Shown here: piece after piece, positions 47,454 to 59,809 of the stretch
How the letters are laid out: each line of letters opens with the position of its first letter
Position numbering within the stretch: the stretch's first letter is position 1
From: Mantamonas sphyraenae STR306
Lineage: Eukaryota > Protista > CRuMs
Direction of reading: 5' to 3'
DNA: 64,000 nucleotides
Assembly (NCBI GenBank): GCA_026936335.1
Contig: JAPMXV010000038.1
Location: 1-64,000 of the forward strand
Position numbers and translations under genes: made by a program
The notes under the pieces: generated by a model
What the model was told of the DNA's origin: nothing
The model's database searches: none
What the model saw: only the letters and a program-made list of their open reading frames with translations

Positions 47454-50400
47454 ATGGACGAACCATCCAATCCCTACCTGCAGGCTCAGGAGTTGGACGA
47501 ACTCAATCGTACGATTCGAGAGACGATCAACTGGCAGCTGAACGGCAATGCGTCCGCCGGGGGCTCTCCTAGCGTGTCACCCACCCACTCGGTCGCGTCG
47601 TCCAGCCACACAGGCATCTCGGCAGCCTCGTCCATGTCCGCACGAAGGCCAGCGCCCACAGCCTCGGCCCCTTCTGCTGCGCCAGCGCCGCGCCGCATGG
47701 TGGCCGAGCAGGACACGACGTCGACCAACGTGGGCGACTTTCTGGCGGGCGTTTGGCAGCAGGCCACACTGTTGGATGACTCGGACATGATGATGGACTC
47801 CTCCACAACCTCAGCGTACACCTCCATGGGCACCTCGAGGCCGCCTCGCGCACAGCAAGGCTCATCCACACATGCGCAGCAGGCTACGTCGGGCAAGGAC
47901 AACGTGGCGCGCAGTGCAGACATTTCCGCGCGCATTGCGGCCATGCTTGCGGCCAACCAGAACGCACGCAACCAAATCAACATCAGCATGCAGGCAGACG
48001 CCCAATCCGTGGCCAGCAGCACCAACAGCTCGGTGGCGCCCGAGTTTCTGCGCTTGCCCAATCTGGAGACCACACAGAAAATGACACGCGACGCAGGCGT
48101 CCCACACGCGGGTGTCCAGTCGGCATGGACACAGAACCGATCAAACACAGCGAGTGGCCATGGTGGCTACCCAGGCGGACAGGCAAGTGTGTACGACCAG
48201 GCAGACGCCATGTCCACAGCCTCGTCGGCCTCGTCAGCAGCCTTGGCCGCCTTTCAGGCCATGCAGGACAAGCTGGCGCGCCTGGAACAAGAGAATCAGC
48301 TTTTGCGGTACCAGGAGGAGACACGCGCAAAGGAAGGTAAGAGGAGAGGGGGTGTGCAAGCGGCACGGGGGCGAAACGAAGAGTGAAACGGCAAGCGCGC
48401 CAAATTTTGTCACGTGCTGACAACTCCCGCGCTACAGTCGCAGAGCACGAAAAGATGCACCGGAGCATGGAACAGGTGCGCCTGGAGGGCATGCAAGAGC
48501 AAATCAACAAACTGCAACAGTCGTTGCTTGCGTCGCAGGCAAAAGAGCGCGAGGAGCGGGAAGAGAAGGCGGAGAAGCGAGCAATCGACACAGCACAGGC
48601 CGTGCACGCACAGAGGTTGGGCCACCTGCGTGAAGAGGAGCGCAAGATTGAGTATGAACTGAGCGAAGAGGTGCGCAAGTCGGAGAGCAAGCGTGTGGCG
48701 TTGAGGCAGGTTCGACGACTCAACGCCGAGCAGGAGGCCGAAGAGGCTGATCTGCTGCATCGCTCACAGCTGCGTGAGGCCAGACAGAGACTGAACATGA
48801 CGGCTGCGTCGCAACAGGAGCGTATGCAGCACTCGCAGATCCGGATCCCGTCGCCGCAGCCGCTGCGACCCGACAAGGGTTACGACAACGACAACGGTGA
48901 CGACGACGAAGGACGACATCAGAGTGCGTCCCAAGGCGTGTCGCAACAGCAACAGCAGCAACCAAGGATGAGCAGCACACACAACAGCAGCAGCATGCAC
49001 ACATTTGAGAGCGTGATGGCACACGACAGCACGCTGGACACCACGTTCAACAGCGACATGTTTGACACCTCTGTGCCCGGTTCCCCCCTGCAGGCAGAGG
49101 TGCAAGCAGCCAAGCGGGAGCTGGAAGGGGCGTTTGAGCACGTGCGCTCGAAAATGGCATCGATCCGCGAAGACCTGGAGTGGTGCGTGAGCGAGCCGAC
49201 GAGGTGGAGCACAAGCAGGAGGAGCAGGAAGCACAGATGGAAGCAGTGGCCGCAGAGAGTGCACGGCAGGCGGCACAGATGGACAAGGACATGGACGAGG
49301 CGGTGCGACGCAATTTGGAAAAGCTAGCCAAGGACCGAGAAATGATGGAATCGCAGGCGGCCGTGGTACGCACACTGGGAGAGATGAAGGACTACATGCA
49401 CAATTTCGAGGAGCAGATGAACGCAGTGCGGGACATGATCCGCAACCTGGAGCAGTCGAAACGACATGCTGAGAGCCAGAAGGAGGAGATGCGCACGCTG
49501 CTGCACGAGTCGACGGTGGCGGCCACGTCCAAGATTGACGAACTGATCCAGGCCAAAGCCATGCTGGAGGATGCGCAGCGGGAGATGACGGTGCGGCTGG
49601 CGTCGATGGAGGAAAAGGCAGAGATTGAGGAAAAGATGCGCCAAATGAGTCAACAGGGCCTGTTGAAGACGCAAGAGGATGTACAGTCGCTGAAGAGGGT
49701 CAACATGAGCCTGACCGATGCCATCGATGGCCACCGCAGCACAGGTGGCAACCGTGGAGGAGGAGGAGGAGGCGGGGCAAAACGCAACGGACGAGGCGGC
49801 GCAGTGGCCATGTGGGAAGAGGTTGAGGAGGAGGGTGGACGCAGGTCGTTGAATGATACAGCGGCGCAACTGGCACGGATCCGGGCAAACGCAGAGGCGG
49901 CGCGACGGGCAGCCGAGGCGCACGCGCAAGAGATCAACGGGGTGGCGTGGAACCAAATCAGCGAAACGCCGCTGACTGTGTCGCGCATCGGCCCTCAGGG
50001 GTTCCAACCGCAGGTGATTGACGCGCAAGGACAGCGAGTGGGCGGCGGAGCTGGAGTGGACATGCAAAGTGCGATGTTTTCCGGGTTCCAGGGTGGCCGA
50101 TCCTCGGGGGCATTCGCAGGCACCAGCGGGTCGATGGCAGGTGGCGAGAGTAGCAGTGGAGGAGAGCGTGAAGAGGACGAGGATGACGCATCGACAGTGG
50201 CCAGTGCCGGAGAGCTGGAGCGCAGACGCAAACGCAAGATGGCCGCAAACAGGCGGTCGCGGGTGTTGCGATCGGCGTCGGCACGCAGGAGGCGAAGCAG
50301 GAGGGCGAACAGCAACGCAAGTGTGGCATCATCCAACTATTCGCAGCGCAGCACGCCGTCGTTTGCACGGAGCACACGTGCGTCCTTGAGCAAGCAACAA

Positions 50401-51099
50401 CGGCGTCCGAGTTCTGCGGGCGGCAGCAGGACAGGAAGCGTGGACAGTCGCCTGGGATTGATGGGCACGGCCACAAAGAAGAAGCGCAGGACGGCAGGCA
50501 AGAAGACAACCACGAAGCGAGGCAAGACAAGCAGGAAGGGCAAGGGAAAGCAGGGGCACAACAAGAGTGGGCTGAACATGAGTGGATCGGGCAAAGCCGA
50601 AGGGAGCATTCCGTTTGTGGTGGGCACGACGAACCACTCGTTCTCGCTTCCAGTGAACGTGCAGGAGGCGATGAGTGTGATCCAGCACCACAATCCAAAC
50701 ACATGTCCCGACTGCAAGGCACGCGGGATCCGCATGAAGCAGAAGAACACACGGGAGCTGAAGGGGGAGATGAGGGAGTGCAAACATGCGATGCGGGGCT
50801 TGCGAAGCGAACTGACGATGTTGAACCACGAGCTGAACGAGCTGACAACCAATCCAGACGCGTCGAAGCACATGAGCGACGCAGAGCTGGATTCCACGTT
50901 GCGGGATTTGATGGAGAACATCGAAACACGGCAACACGAGTTTAAGCTGTTGCGCAAGTTTAAGCGGTCGCTGCAGCGGGACGTGTCGTCGCCCGAGAAG
51001 AATCCGGTGGTGTTGCAGAATGGCAGGCTGCAGGCGCTGCGGTTGTTGCACGAGTTTCGCGATCTGACGCACTCGCACACGCACAAGCCGACCGAGTGA
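47454..51099 (+). CDS. CEP57: CEP57/translokin-like coiled-coil centrosomal protein (intron 48337-48438; frameshift near 49180)
   Basis: AALAAFQAMQDKLARLE resembles the CEP57 centrosome-localisation domain start; IPFVVG..S.S..VNVQ..HNP..C; C-terminal microtubule-binding-like helices. Confidence 0.65.
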
Positions 51100-51245
51100 G
51101 GACTCGTGCAGCGTGGGAGGTGAGGGAATGAAGGCGAGCAGGACCGGCCAAGAAAACACCCATTGCCACACACCATTTGCCTTGTCCTGATTGCAACAGC
51201 ACAGGCACAGACGCACACACGCACTCGAAAGGAAGCAACAGCAGC

Positions 51246-51966
51246 ATGAGTGCAAGCGAGACGGGAGAGGCAGATGGGCGTGGGCAGGAGGACGAGTTTG
51301 AAGACGGGATGCTGACGAATCCGTCGTTTGGGGGCGAGGAGGAGGAAGACGAAGCCGGATACGGCTCAGAGGTGGAGGAGCACAACGAAAATGTGGATAC
51401 GGTGCGGATGCAACTGGATCTGGATCTGTACGAGGGTCAGGAGGGGGAGGGGGAGGAGTCGCAGGAGTGGAGCTCCTGGACGCCCCAGAGGGTTAGCAGC
51501 GATGCGGGCTTCGTGACGTACGGGATGTATCCGAGCTACAAGGAACACATGTGGGTGGTAGTAAGCACGCGCGGGGACACAAACGCAGGGGCTGGGGACG
51601 CGGTGGGGGACGTGGGTGGCCACAGGGCGCCGTTGGCGGCAAAGAAGAAAGTGCGCGTGTGGCTGGATTTGAACGGGCGGCTCAACGTGGTGGGCACGTT
51701 TGGCGAGAGTGCGCTGCTGTACGACGAGTATGGAGTGGTGATCCCTGTGGATGGGGAAGGGCGCACACAGCGCGCACTGCGCCCTGGGGGACGGTACAGG
51801 CTGCGGTCGCAGGAACACGCGCTGAACAAAGTGGGCGCGAGGGTCAACTCGGCTCAAGAGGAGGCGACAGCCGAGGAGAGTGCATCACATGGTGAACATA
51901 GCGACCCACAGTCTCTGGCTCTGTCTCTGTCGTCGCAATGGTCGCCTATTGTGCGGCCGCGGACAA

Positions 51967-51997
<31 letters not shown>

Positions 51998-53351
51998 CAG
52001 CGTTGGAGCAGGCGAGGGCCAAGAGGCAGACGGAGGGGTGGCATGGCCAAAGACGGAATTGTTGCCAGAGGGGATTGAGTTGTCGGTGCGCAAGTCCAGT
52101 GCCATCAGCATGCACGCAAAGTACTCGTGGCACTCGTTGCGTACAGGAGGGGACAAGCCACAGGCACGGTCGCATCACACGTGTGTGGCCCTCTCCACAC
52201 AAGAGTTTGCCATCATGGGAGGGCGCGTGGCAGACGGCGACGACGAGTCGTGTTCGAACCAGGTGTATGTGCTGGACGTAAAGAGCAAACAGTGGGAACT
52301 GTTGCCTTGCACGGGGGACAAGCCGCCACGCATGCACTCGCACGCAGCGGTGGCGTTGACAAAGGCACACGGCAGGGTGGACACTGCGGATGCCGACTCG
52401 CTGGACAGGGGCCGGTGGATGATGGTGTTTGGAGGGTGCGAGGAGGGCGAGGAACACGTGTCCTCCCGTCACATGTACAGCCTTGACCTGGAGAGTGGCG
52501 AGTGGACACGGCTGCGCTACGCAGGCTCCTTTGAGACGCAGGAGGCATGGGCGCCGAGCGTGTCACCGTGGACGGCCGCGTTGGCCGAGATGAAGCATGT
52601 GCGGCGAGTGTTGCAGCCCGTGCACGGGGTATTTGGACACAGCATGACGGTGATTGCACAGGGTCTGCTGCTGATCTACGGGGGCATGACAGACGAAGAC
52701 GTGATGTGCGGCGACGTGCTGCTGTTTGACACACGGTCGCACTACTGGTATCTGGTGGACGACAGCAAGGATACAGAGCGTCCAAAGGCACGGTACCACC
52801 ACACAGCGTGCATGCTGGACGACGGGCGGCTGGTTGTGTGTGGCGGTCGCATGGAGGGGTTTCTGGGCCTGGGCCTGCAGAACAGCGACGCAGTGTGGAT
52901 GCTGGACACGAAAACGATGCACTGGCTGGGCAAAGGCGACCGCGTCATTGGCCACAGCGGACGGTTTCCGTTTGCATCGTCGCACAGCTGTGTGGCGGTC
53001 CACTCGTCGCTGAGTAAGGACGCGACGGTGACCTTGCTCTGTGTGTTTGGCGGCGACGGGGTCTTTGGCCACAGCAACGCAGTGCACTTTATAGACATGC
53101 AAGCACAGAGTGAGGGCAGCGATGTGGCAGGACAGGTGTTGGAGGTGTCGCAAGTGGTGGGCACGCTGCCACCCAAAATGGTGGGCCACACCGCCGTGTG
53201 TCTGGGTCATCTCATGTATGTGGTCGGCGGTCAGGTGGATGGATCCAACGAAGCCAACGCCACCATTTGGGTGCTCAACTTTGGCCACTATCTGCATCTG
53301 TATTCCATGGCATTCTTCACGGACGACGAGGAAAGCAGTCCACGGGCATGA
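51246..53351 (+). CDS. Kelch-repeat beta-propeller protein
   Basis: Repeated PxxRxxH...GG...W units (PQARSHHT, PPRMHSHA, PKARYHHT, PPKMVGHT) after an acidic N-terminus. Confidence 0.88.
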
Positions 53352-53406
53352 GAGGGCTGAGGTAGACATTGGAAATGCACAAAGCCTCCCAAATTGGGAA
53401 TGAGGG

Positions 53407-54382
53407 TTAATAGTCGACGTCTTGGGCAGTGATGGGTTTGGGCAGGTAATCTGCGTCTGTGGGTGCGCCGTCGTGTGCGTCTGTGCCGGCAGCGCCAACA
53501 AAGAGGGCAGCGGCGAGGTGTGGCACAACACACGGGGCGCCCATGTTGGCCACAAAGCTGGCGACGGCGTTCCAAAAGTACAGAGCGTTGATGGTGGTGA
53601 ACGGGTACACGGTGGGGTGGTTGCGCTTGCGGTTGGGCTGACCAGCAGACCAGAGGTGGAAGATGCGAAGCAAGAGGGCGAGTTGCAAAAGGGTGACGAG
53701 GACACTGAGCATCATGTCCTTCTGGGCGCGTGCTATGAGAGCCGGGGAGGCGGAGCGGGCGTGCTCCGAGTACTGAACCATCCGCATGGCAAAGTCCTGA
53801 AGGACAAGGAGGGCAGACACAATGTCCAGCAACAGGGCGGCTCGGAGCATGGTGGAGCGGCGCTGAGTGACGGCGTAGCCGTGGAGTTTGTACAGGCAGC
53901 CAAGTAGGACGAGGGCGGCCGGAAGAACCGAGGCCAGGTGGGTGGTCACAAACATGACCATGGCATTGGTGGCACCGTGCACAGCAATGACCATCTGTTG
54001 CCAGGCCACAATGATGAGCACGAGATTCTTTGCACTCTGGAGGTTGTTGGCCAGCTCCTGTGTGTCGTCTTGCTTGCGCAGTTGCCAGGCACTGTGGGGA
54101 AGGGAGGGGTGGTCAATGGATGGATGTACAGCAAACCAGGGGGAGGGGGGGGGGGGGGGACGGGACTACGTACACCGAGCCAAAGAAGAGATAGAGCAGT
54201 TGGAGGACGAGAAGGAGGACAAATTGGAGGAGAGCGACTGCGGGAGAGGCAGAGGCAGAAGCAGTGTACGTCGGGGCAGAGAACAGGGCAGTGGAGTAGA
54301 TAAGGAGGCCCACGAGGGCCATGCCATTGGAGCAGAGGAGGGCGCCACAGGCAGCAGCAATGACGGATCGGGACTGGGGCAT
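53407..54382 (-). CDS. Multi-pass membrane protein of unknown function
   Basis: Exon 1 from MPQSRSV, GTACGT..CCACAG intron (~54173-54091) joins in frame to ORF 53407-54021; about 7 hydrophobic stretches. Confidence 0.6.
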
Positions 54383-54455
54383 GGACACTGCTGGCGGCCG
54401 GTAGGTGGGTGCGTGTTTTTGCTGTGGCTGACCCAAAGCATCTCTGGCTGGCGCA

Positions 54456-56442
54456 ATGACAGATGTGTCGGCGATGGAGCCGATGGACTCGTACACTTGG
54501 CGAGAGAACAGGCGCATGGTGCTGGAGTGGATGGAGGAGCAAGGGGAGCAGCCGCTGTTGACGGCGCCGTTTGAGGCGATTAGGCTGATGCTGAAGCAGG
54601 GGGAGGCGAGCAAAACGCGACGTCACATTGCTTGGGCACACATTATTTTGGAACTGCGCATGTTGGACATTGGATGTCCCGATTTCGTGTCGGAAACACT
54701 TCTTCTGGCGAACCGCATCGACGAGTCGCGCTACTACTCGGTCAAGATGTGAGTTGGGGAGGTTGGGAGTGGAGTGCGATGGACACACAATGTGCGGATG
54801 AAGAGAGTGCATGGCGTGTGGGGACAGAGGAAGCTGTGTGAGGCGTGTGGGAGGCGGTGCCAAATCACAGGTACCCGTTGGCATGCCTGGACAGCGGATG
54901 GGTGCGTCTGCAGAGGCATACAGTAGACTGACGCAGAAAGGGTGCAGCAAGCGGCATACAAACAACAGCAAGGCATACGACGACGGGAGACTGGAGGGTA
55001 GCGGATCAAAGGGCAACCTGCTGTACGACAAGGGAGTTTCGATGCTGGAGAAACGCAGGCAGAATGCCGAGTCGGAGCGGAAGAAGCGAGAGCAGCAGAT
55101 GCTGGAGGAGTGCACATTCACGCCTCAGATCAACAGCCTGCCGCAAAAGAACAGCATGAAGCAGCACGAGTACGTTCCGCTTTCGTACGAGGCGGTGCTG
55201 AACAACACGCCGGACAAGTTTGGCGACTTTGGCAGCAGCAGCAGCAGCAGCGGAGGCATCGGCGCAGGCGGCTCGTCTGCGCGCAAGAGCGTGCATGTGT
55301 ACAATCGACAGGGCAGCTTGCGTTCCATCACAGGCAAAGGACGACGACACACGTCGACGAGCAACGGATACGAGCACACAGCGACGCCACGGGCGTCGGG
55401 AGCACGCAAGCCAAAGACGGGCCGGCGAAAGGGCTCCAGCGTGCGCAGGAACCTGACACACGGACGCAGTGCAAGCAACGGACTCATCAAGAGCCGGTCC
55501 AAGGATGGCAACAGCACAGGGCCACCAGAAGGGACAGGAGGGATGAAAAAGTCGCAGTCGGCGGTGTTTCGGGACAAGGACAGACCCGGACACGCGCAGG
55601 AGGGCAAACCGACAAAGGGATCGTCATCATCAAAGGGAGGCAAAAAGGCAAACCAGAGAGATGGGAATGCAGAGGAGGAGGAGGATGACGTCGGCGAGGG
55701 CAAGCAGGGCGATGACGAGGAGGAGGATGAGGAGGAACAGGAGGAAGAGACGATGCCAGTGAACCCAGTGTTGGCAGCACGCGAGGCGCGCATCGAGGAG
55801 CTCGTGGCAGCGTGTGCATTTGATGAGCACCAGGTGCGGGGAATCCTCAAGTCATTCTCGTTCCTGAATCCAAAGGAGGCGGTGACCCTGCACAAGTTTG
55901 AGTTTGTGCTGCGTGAACTGAGCCTGGCCGACTCGGAGGTGGTTGTGGAGCGGCTGTTTGTGGCGTTTTGTGCGTTGGCAGAGGGACACACACGCAAGGA
56001 CGCATACGGCGACTCGCTGCTGGAGATGGAGGGTTTGCTCCACGTTCTGGCAATGTTGGCAGGACATGGCAAGACACCAGAGCACCAGAAGTTCTGGTTC
56101 ACCTTTTACGCCATGTACAACGATGTGATCACGGTGCAGGACCTGCACCAGCTCACCTCTGAGCTGATGCCCACGGCGCCCACGAACGAGGTGCTGGCTC
56201 GCACACAGCGCATCATGGCACGGCTGAACACCACGGCGGACGGCAAGATCACATGGGACCAGGTCAAGGCGGCAGCAGATGGCGACGCCACGATCCTGTA
56301 TGCCGGCTTCAACGCACGCTTCGAGACGTTTGCGCGTGCCCACAAGAAGCGCCAGGGCACAAGCGCGGTCAACTGGGACACGGTGTTTGACGACAGCGAC
56401 GACGAAGGGGCATCTGCAAGCAAGGCTACGGCGGCGGAGTGA
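54456..56442 (+). CDS. Protein with ECTFxPxIN motif and C-terminal degenerate EF-hands
   Basis: ORF 54811-56442 has EECTFTPQIN and LNTTADGKITWDQ; upstream ORF 54456-54748 can splice in frame via GTGAGT..GACAG; 5' structure uncertain. Confidence 0.6.
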
Positions 56443-56485
56443 GTGGGATGGAAATGAAGGCAGATTCTTCTTGCAGTGCAGCGCC

Positions 56486-58248
56486 TCACATCCCCAGGAT
56501 GATCGGTTCTTGCTTGTCCGCCTTTTCCTGTTCCTGTTGGGCGCGCTGCTGCTGACGCAGGGCAAGCTTTTCCTGCGAGGTGAGCTTCTTGGCCGGTGCC
56601 ACGTCGTCGTTGTCGTCTGTGTGTGCCGTGGCGTCGCTGACGAGTTTCAAGTCGTCCGAAGGCTCTCCTCCAGAGGCAACAAAGATGCTTGTGTCGTCGT
56701 CGTCTTCGTGCTCGTCATCGTTGTGGAGACTGAGCACAGGCTTGTCCTCCGGGTCGTTGTTGTGGTTGTTGTGGGGCTGGGCTTCGAGGAGGCCAACAAC
56801 CTGCTGGTCGCCGCCGTCGATGGTGATGTCCTCGTCGTCGGCCTCGTCCATGGCCTCGGCCATGACGCCCATGAGGGCCATATGAACGACGCCGCAGGCA
56901 CAGCACACAAGGGTGCACCAGATGAAGATGGGAATGAGAGCGACGCCCATGCTGACGGACTTTGGGTCGTTGAGATGTGCAGCCACAAGGACATAGGTGG
57001 CACTCCTGGCCACAAAGGTGACGATGGCAGCCATGTACTCGCTGCTGTTGACGTCCAACTGCTGCTGCAGGGACTCTGCGTCCATGTCCGCAGCCAGGCT
57101 CATGATGTAGGTCTTGCGCATGGAGTATCCGGCGCAGGCAAAGAACACCAGCTGGAAGGCTTGTTCAATAAAGAGGGGCATAAATGCCATCCATGCACTG
57201 AGGGAACCCTGGGCATAGAAAGCCAGAAGGACGTAGGTGAGCGACCAGGCCAGATGGGGAGCCCACAGATCGAGGGCATAGCCTGTGTATCCCAGCGGGT
57301 ACCACTTGGGTGGCATACCCATAGCCTCCATCTGCTGCTGTTGATCCCTGTAAGCGGAGGGTGAAGCGAGGATAAAGGTGCGCACGAGCTTGAGGGCGCG
57401 GTCGGCAAAGATGGGCACAAAGACCAGGTCGACGTAGCTGAGGGAACCGGCGGCGTTGCCTTGGTCCAGGCGGATGGCCAGCAGGATGTGAAAGGCAGTG
57501 TTGAGAAAGGGCGAGATGCCGTTGACAAAGGAGACAAAGCGGGCGGAAAAGGTGAGGACTTCGGCGTCGGGCTCGGGGTTGCCGGCAAAGGCGTTCTTGA
57601 GACCGACACAGCCGACGAGGAGGTAGAGGGCGTCGAGGATGTACAGCGGAATGAAGGCGCCCATCCAAGACCAGCCTGCGCCGCCGTCTGCCTTTGTGGC
57701 AATGAAGCTCGGGGCCATAAACAGGACGCTGACCAGAAGGGTGGAGACGCAGCACAGGGCACAGATGAACGAGGGATGGAAGACAGAGGCGAGAAAGTCG
57801 GCTGTGTCCTGGCCAAACTGTGCAGAAACCTGGGCGTAGGCGGCGAGGCCGTTGGCGCCGTACAGGTCGTACAGATCTCTGAGGGGACGCATTTCCGTGA
57901 GCGACGGGAGCAACGAAACGACGGGGTGTACGCACGCACACGGGCCACCACTTACCTCTTGGTGGGATTGTTGAGAATCTCCCAGGCCTCGTTGACCTTT
58001 TTAAACTCTGTGGCATTGCCTGTGGGCTTGTCCGGGTGTGTGCGAAGGGCCTTTTCGCGGTAGGCTGTTGATCATCAGCCGATCATCACAACGAGGAGAG
58101 TCAGCAAAACGGTGAGTCGGCGTAGAGGAGACCCATTGCGGTGGATGATGGGGCACGTACCTCGCTTGATGGTGGCCTCTTCAGCCTCCCGGTCGACGCC
58201 GAGGACTTCATACGGGTTGTCGATGGAGCGGCCGGCTGCGAACTGCAT
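56486..58248 (-). CDS. J-domain protein fused to TMEM185-like multi-pass membrane region
   Basis: NPYEVLGV..IKRAYREKALRTHPDK..FKKVNEAWEIL..KRDLYDLYG over three exons; repeated W...F.PL TM motifs. Confidence 0.88.
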
Positions 58249-58326
58249 CGTCAAGGATTGGAGTGGATGGAAGAGGGAGGGGGTGGAAAGGGGGGTATGT
58301 ACATTTGCGATTTTCTGTGTCTGTGC

Positions 58327-59692
58327 TCACAGGAACCAACGAGGCGCAGTGGGCTGCACGGTCTTGCGTTGGTGCTCAGGGACGGCGTCGAAAACAACAA
58401 ACTCGCGGTTCTCATGCTCGTCGACCTTGAGCACGCTGGCCAGGTTTCCGCATCGGTAGCAGTAGTTGGGGGCTGGGCCGATGCAAGCGGAGCACGAGAG
58501 TAGACAGGTAAAAGGCGTGTGAATGCGTGTGTGTGTGAGTGTGCATGTCATGTCAATGTGTGTGGCCACACAGCGTGGCGTAGGAAGCAAAGGGCGAAAA
58601 CTCACCACTCCACACAGTAATGCAGTTCTGGTTGCTGAACAGCAGCTGGTAGCCGGGCATGGCCAACTGGTGAGCACGGCACATGTACTCCAACTTGTTG
58701 GTGTGTAGGAACTGCGCATGATGCGAATGTGGTGTCAGCGGTGGGTGCCGGGACCGCCAAAAAATGGTGCGCTGGAAAAAACGGGCGCAGGATCGCATCG
58801 TCGGCTTGCGGCAAAGGGGGGCCCGAGGTCAAAACGCACCCGTTCGACGGCCACTTCGCCGTAGAGGAAGCCAGCGCCACGTGCGCCGATGCCCCAGTCC
58901 TTGACTTGTTCATCCGGGTCACTCCAGACGAGATCGGTCATGACGCCCTCGTTGGGGATCTCCTGAAAGCGGTCGAGGGTGCGCAGCTCGGCCAGCGTGT
59001 CACCGCCGTTGGGAGACAGGCCGCCATGCACGCAAAAGATGGAGCCGTTGACAACCTGGGCAGGTGTGCGAAGGATGTGCGAGTGTGCACGCAAGGGCGA
59101 GCAGCGCAAGCGTGGATACAGGGAGAAGGGGAGGGGTGTAAGCAGGCGCGAGAGGGATTGGCGGAAAAAGAAAAGGGTCGAAATGGGCGCAGAGTGCCCT
59201 TTTTGGGGCCCATGCGCGCGGCTACACGTACTGCACCAAGAGGGAACATGTCAAACGTCTCCATGGCGTGCTTCCAGCAGTTGCTGCTGCCAAACTTTTG
59301 CATGCCCTCGTCCCACAGGCCGTACATGCGCGTGATCTGGCGGGTTTCGTGGTTGCCGCGTAGCAGCGTGTAATCCGGTCTGGGTACTTGACCTTGTACG
59401 CCAGCAGCAGACCCAGAGTCTCAAAGCCAAAGTAGCCACGGTCGACCAGATCACCCAGGAAGATGTACTGCGTATCCGGAAGCTCACCACCCACGCGGAA
59501 CAGCTCCATGACGTCGTAAAACTGAGCGTGCACATCGCCACAGATGGTCACTGGCGCCTCCACAGGCTGCACCGTGCTCTCCTCCACCAGGATCTCCTGT
59601 GCTTCACGGCACAACTCCACCATCGAGCTCTCGTCCAGCGTGTCGCCCTTGCGCAGAATCTCCAGCCACTTGTCGACGTCACCCTGGCCCAT
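58327..59692 (-). CDS. PP2A-family (PP6/PP4/Ppg1-like) Ser/Thr phosphatase catalytic subunit (frameshift near 59370)
   Basis: [46 protein letters not shown]-terminal WFL; three introns. Confidence 0.92.
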
Positions 59693-59720
59693 TGTGTGTG
59701 TGTGTGTGTGTGTGTGTGTG
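59693..59720. repeat. (TG)n microsatellite in a divergent promoter
   Basis: About 14 TG units directly upstream of the phosphatase ATG. Confidence 0.9.
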
Positions 59721-59809
59721 GGGTTGTGGTGCGGGAGCCGGCGCTGTGTGTGCGCTCGTGGCACCACCATTTTCCTCGACACCCATCCTATCCACCCTTC
59801 TTTATCCTC

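Noticed and set aside
2770-59380. Frameshifts at ~2780, 3182, 4480, 5630, 6015, 8845, 40080, 49180 and 59370 as programmed frameshifting or RNA editing
   Set aside because: No shared slippery motif; several lie in short homopolymer or dinucleotide runs; the second CENP-N copy lacks the indel. Consensus error is simpler, though decay cannot be excluded for the first 6 kb
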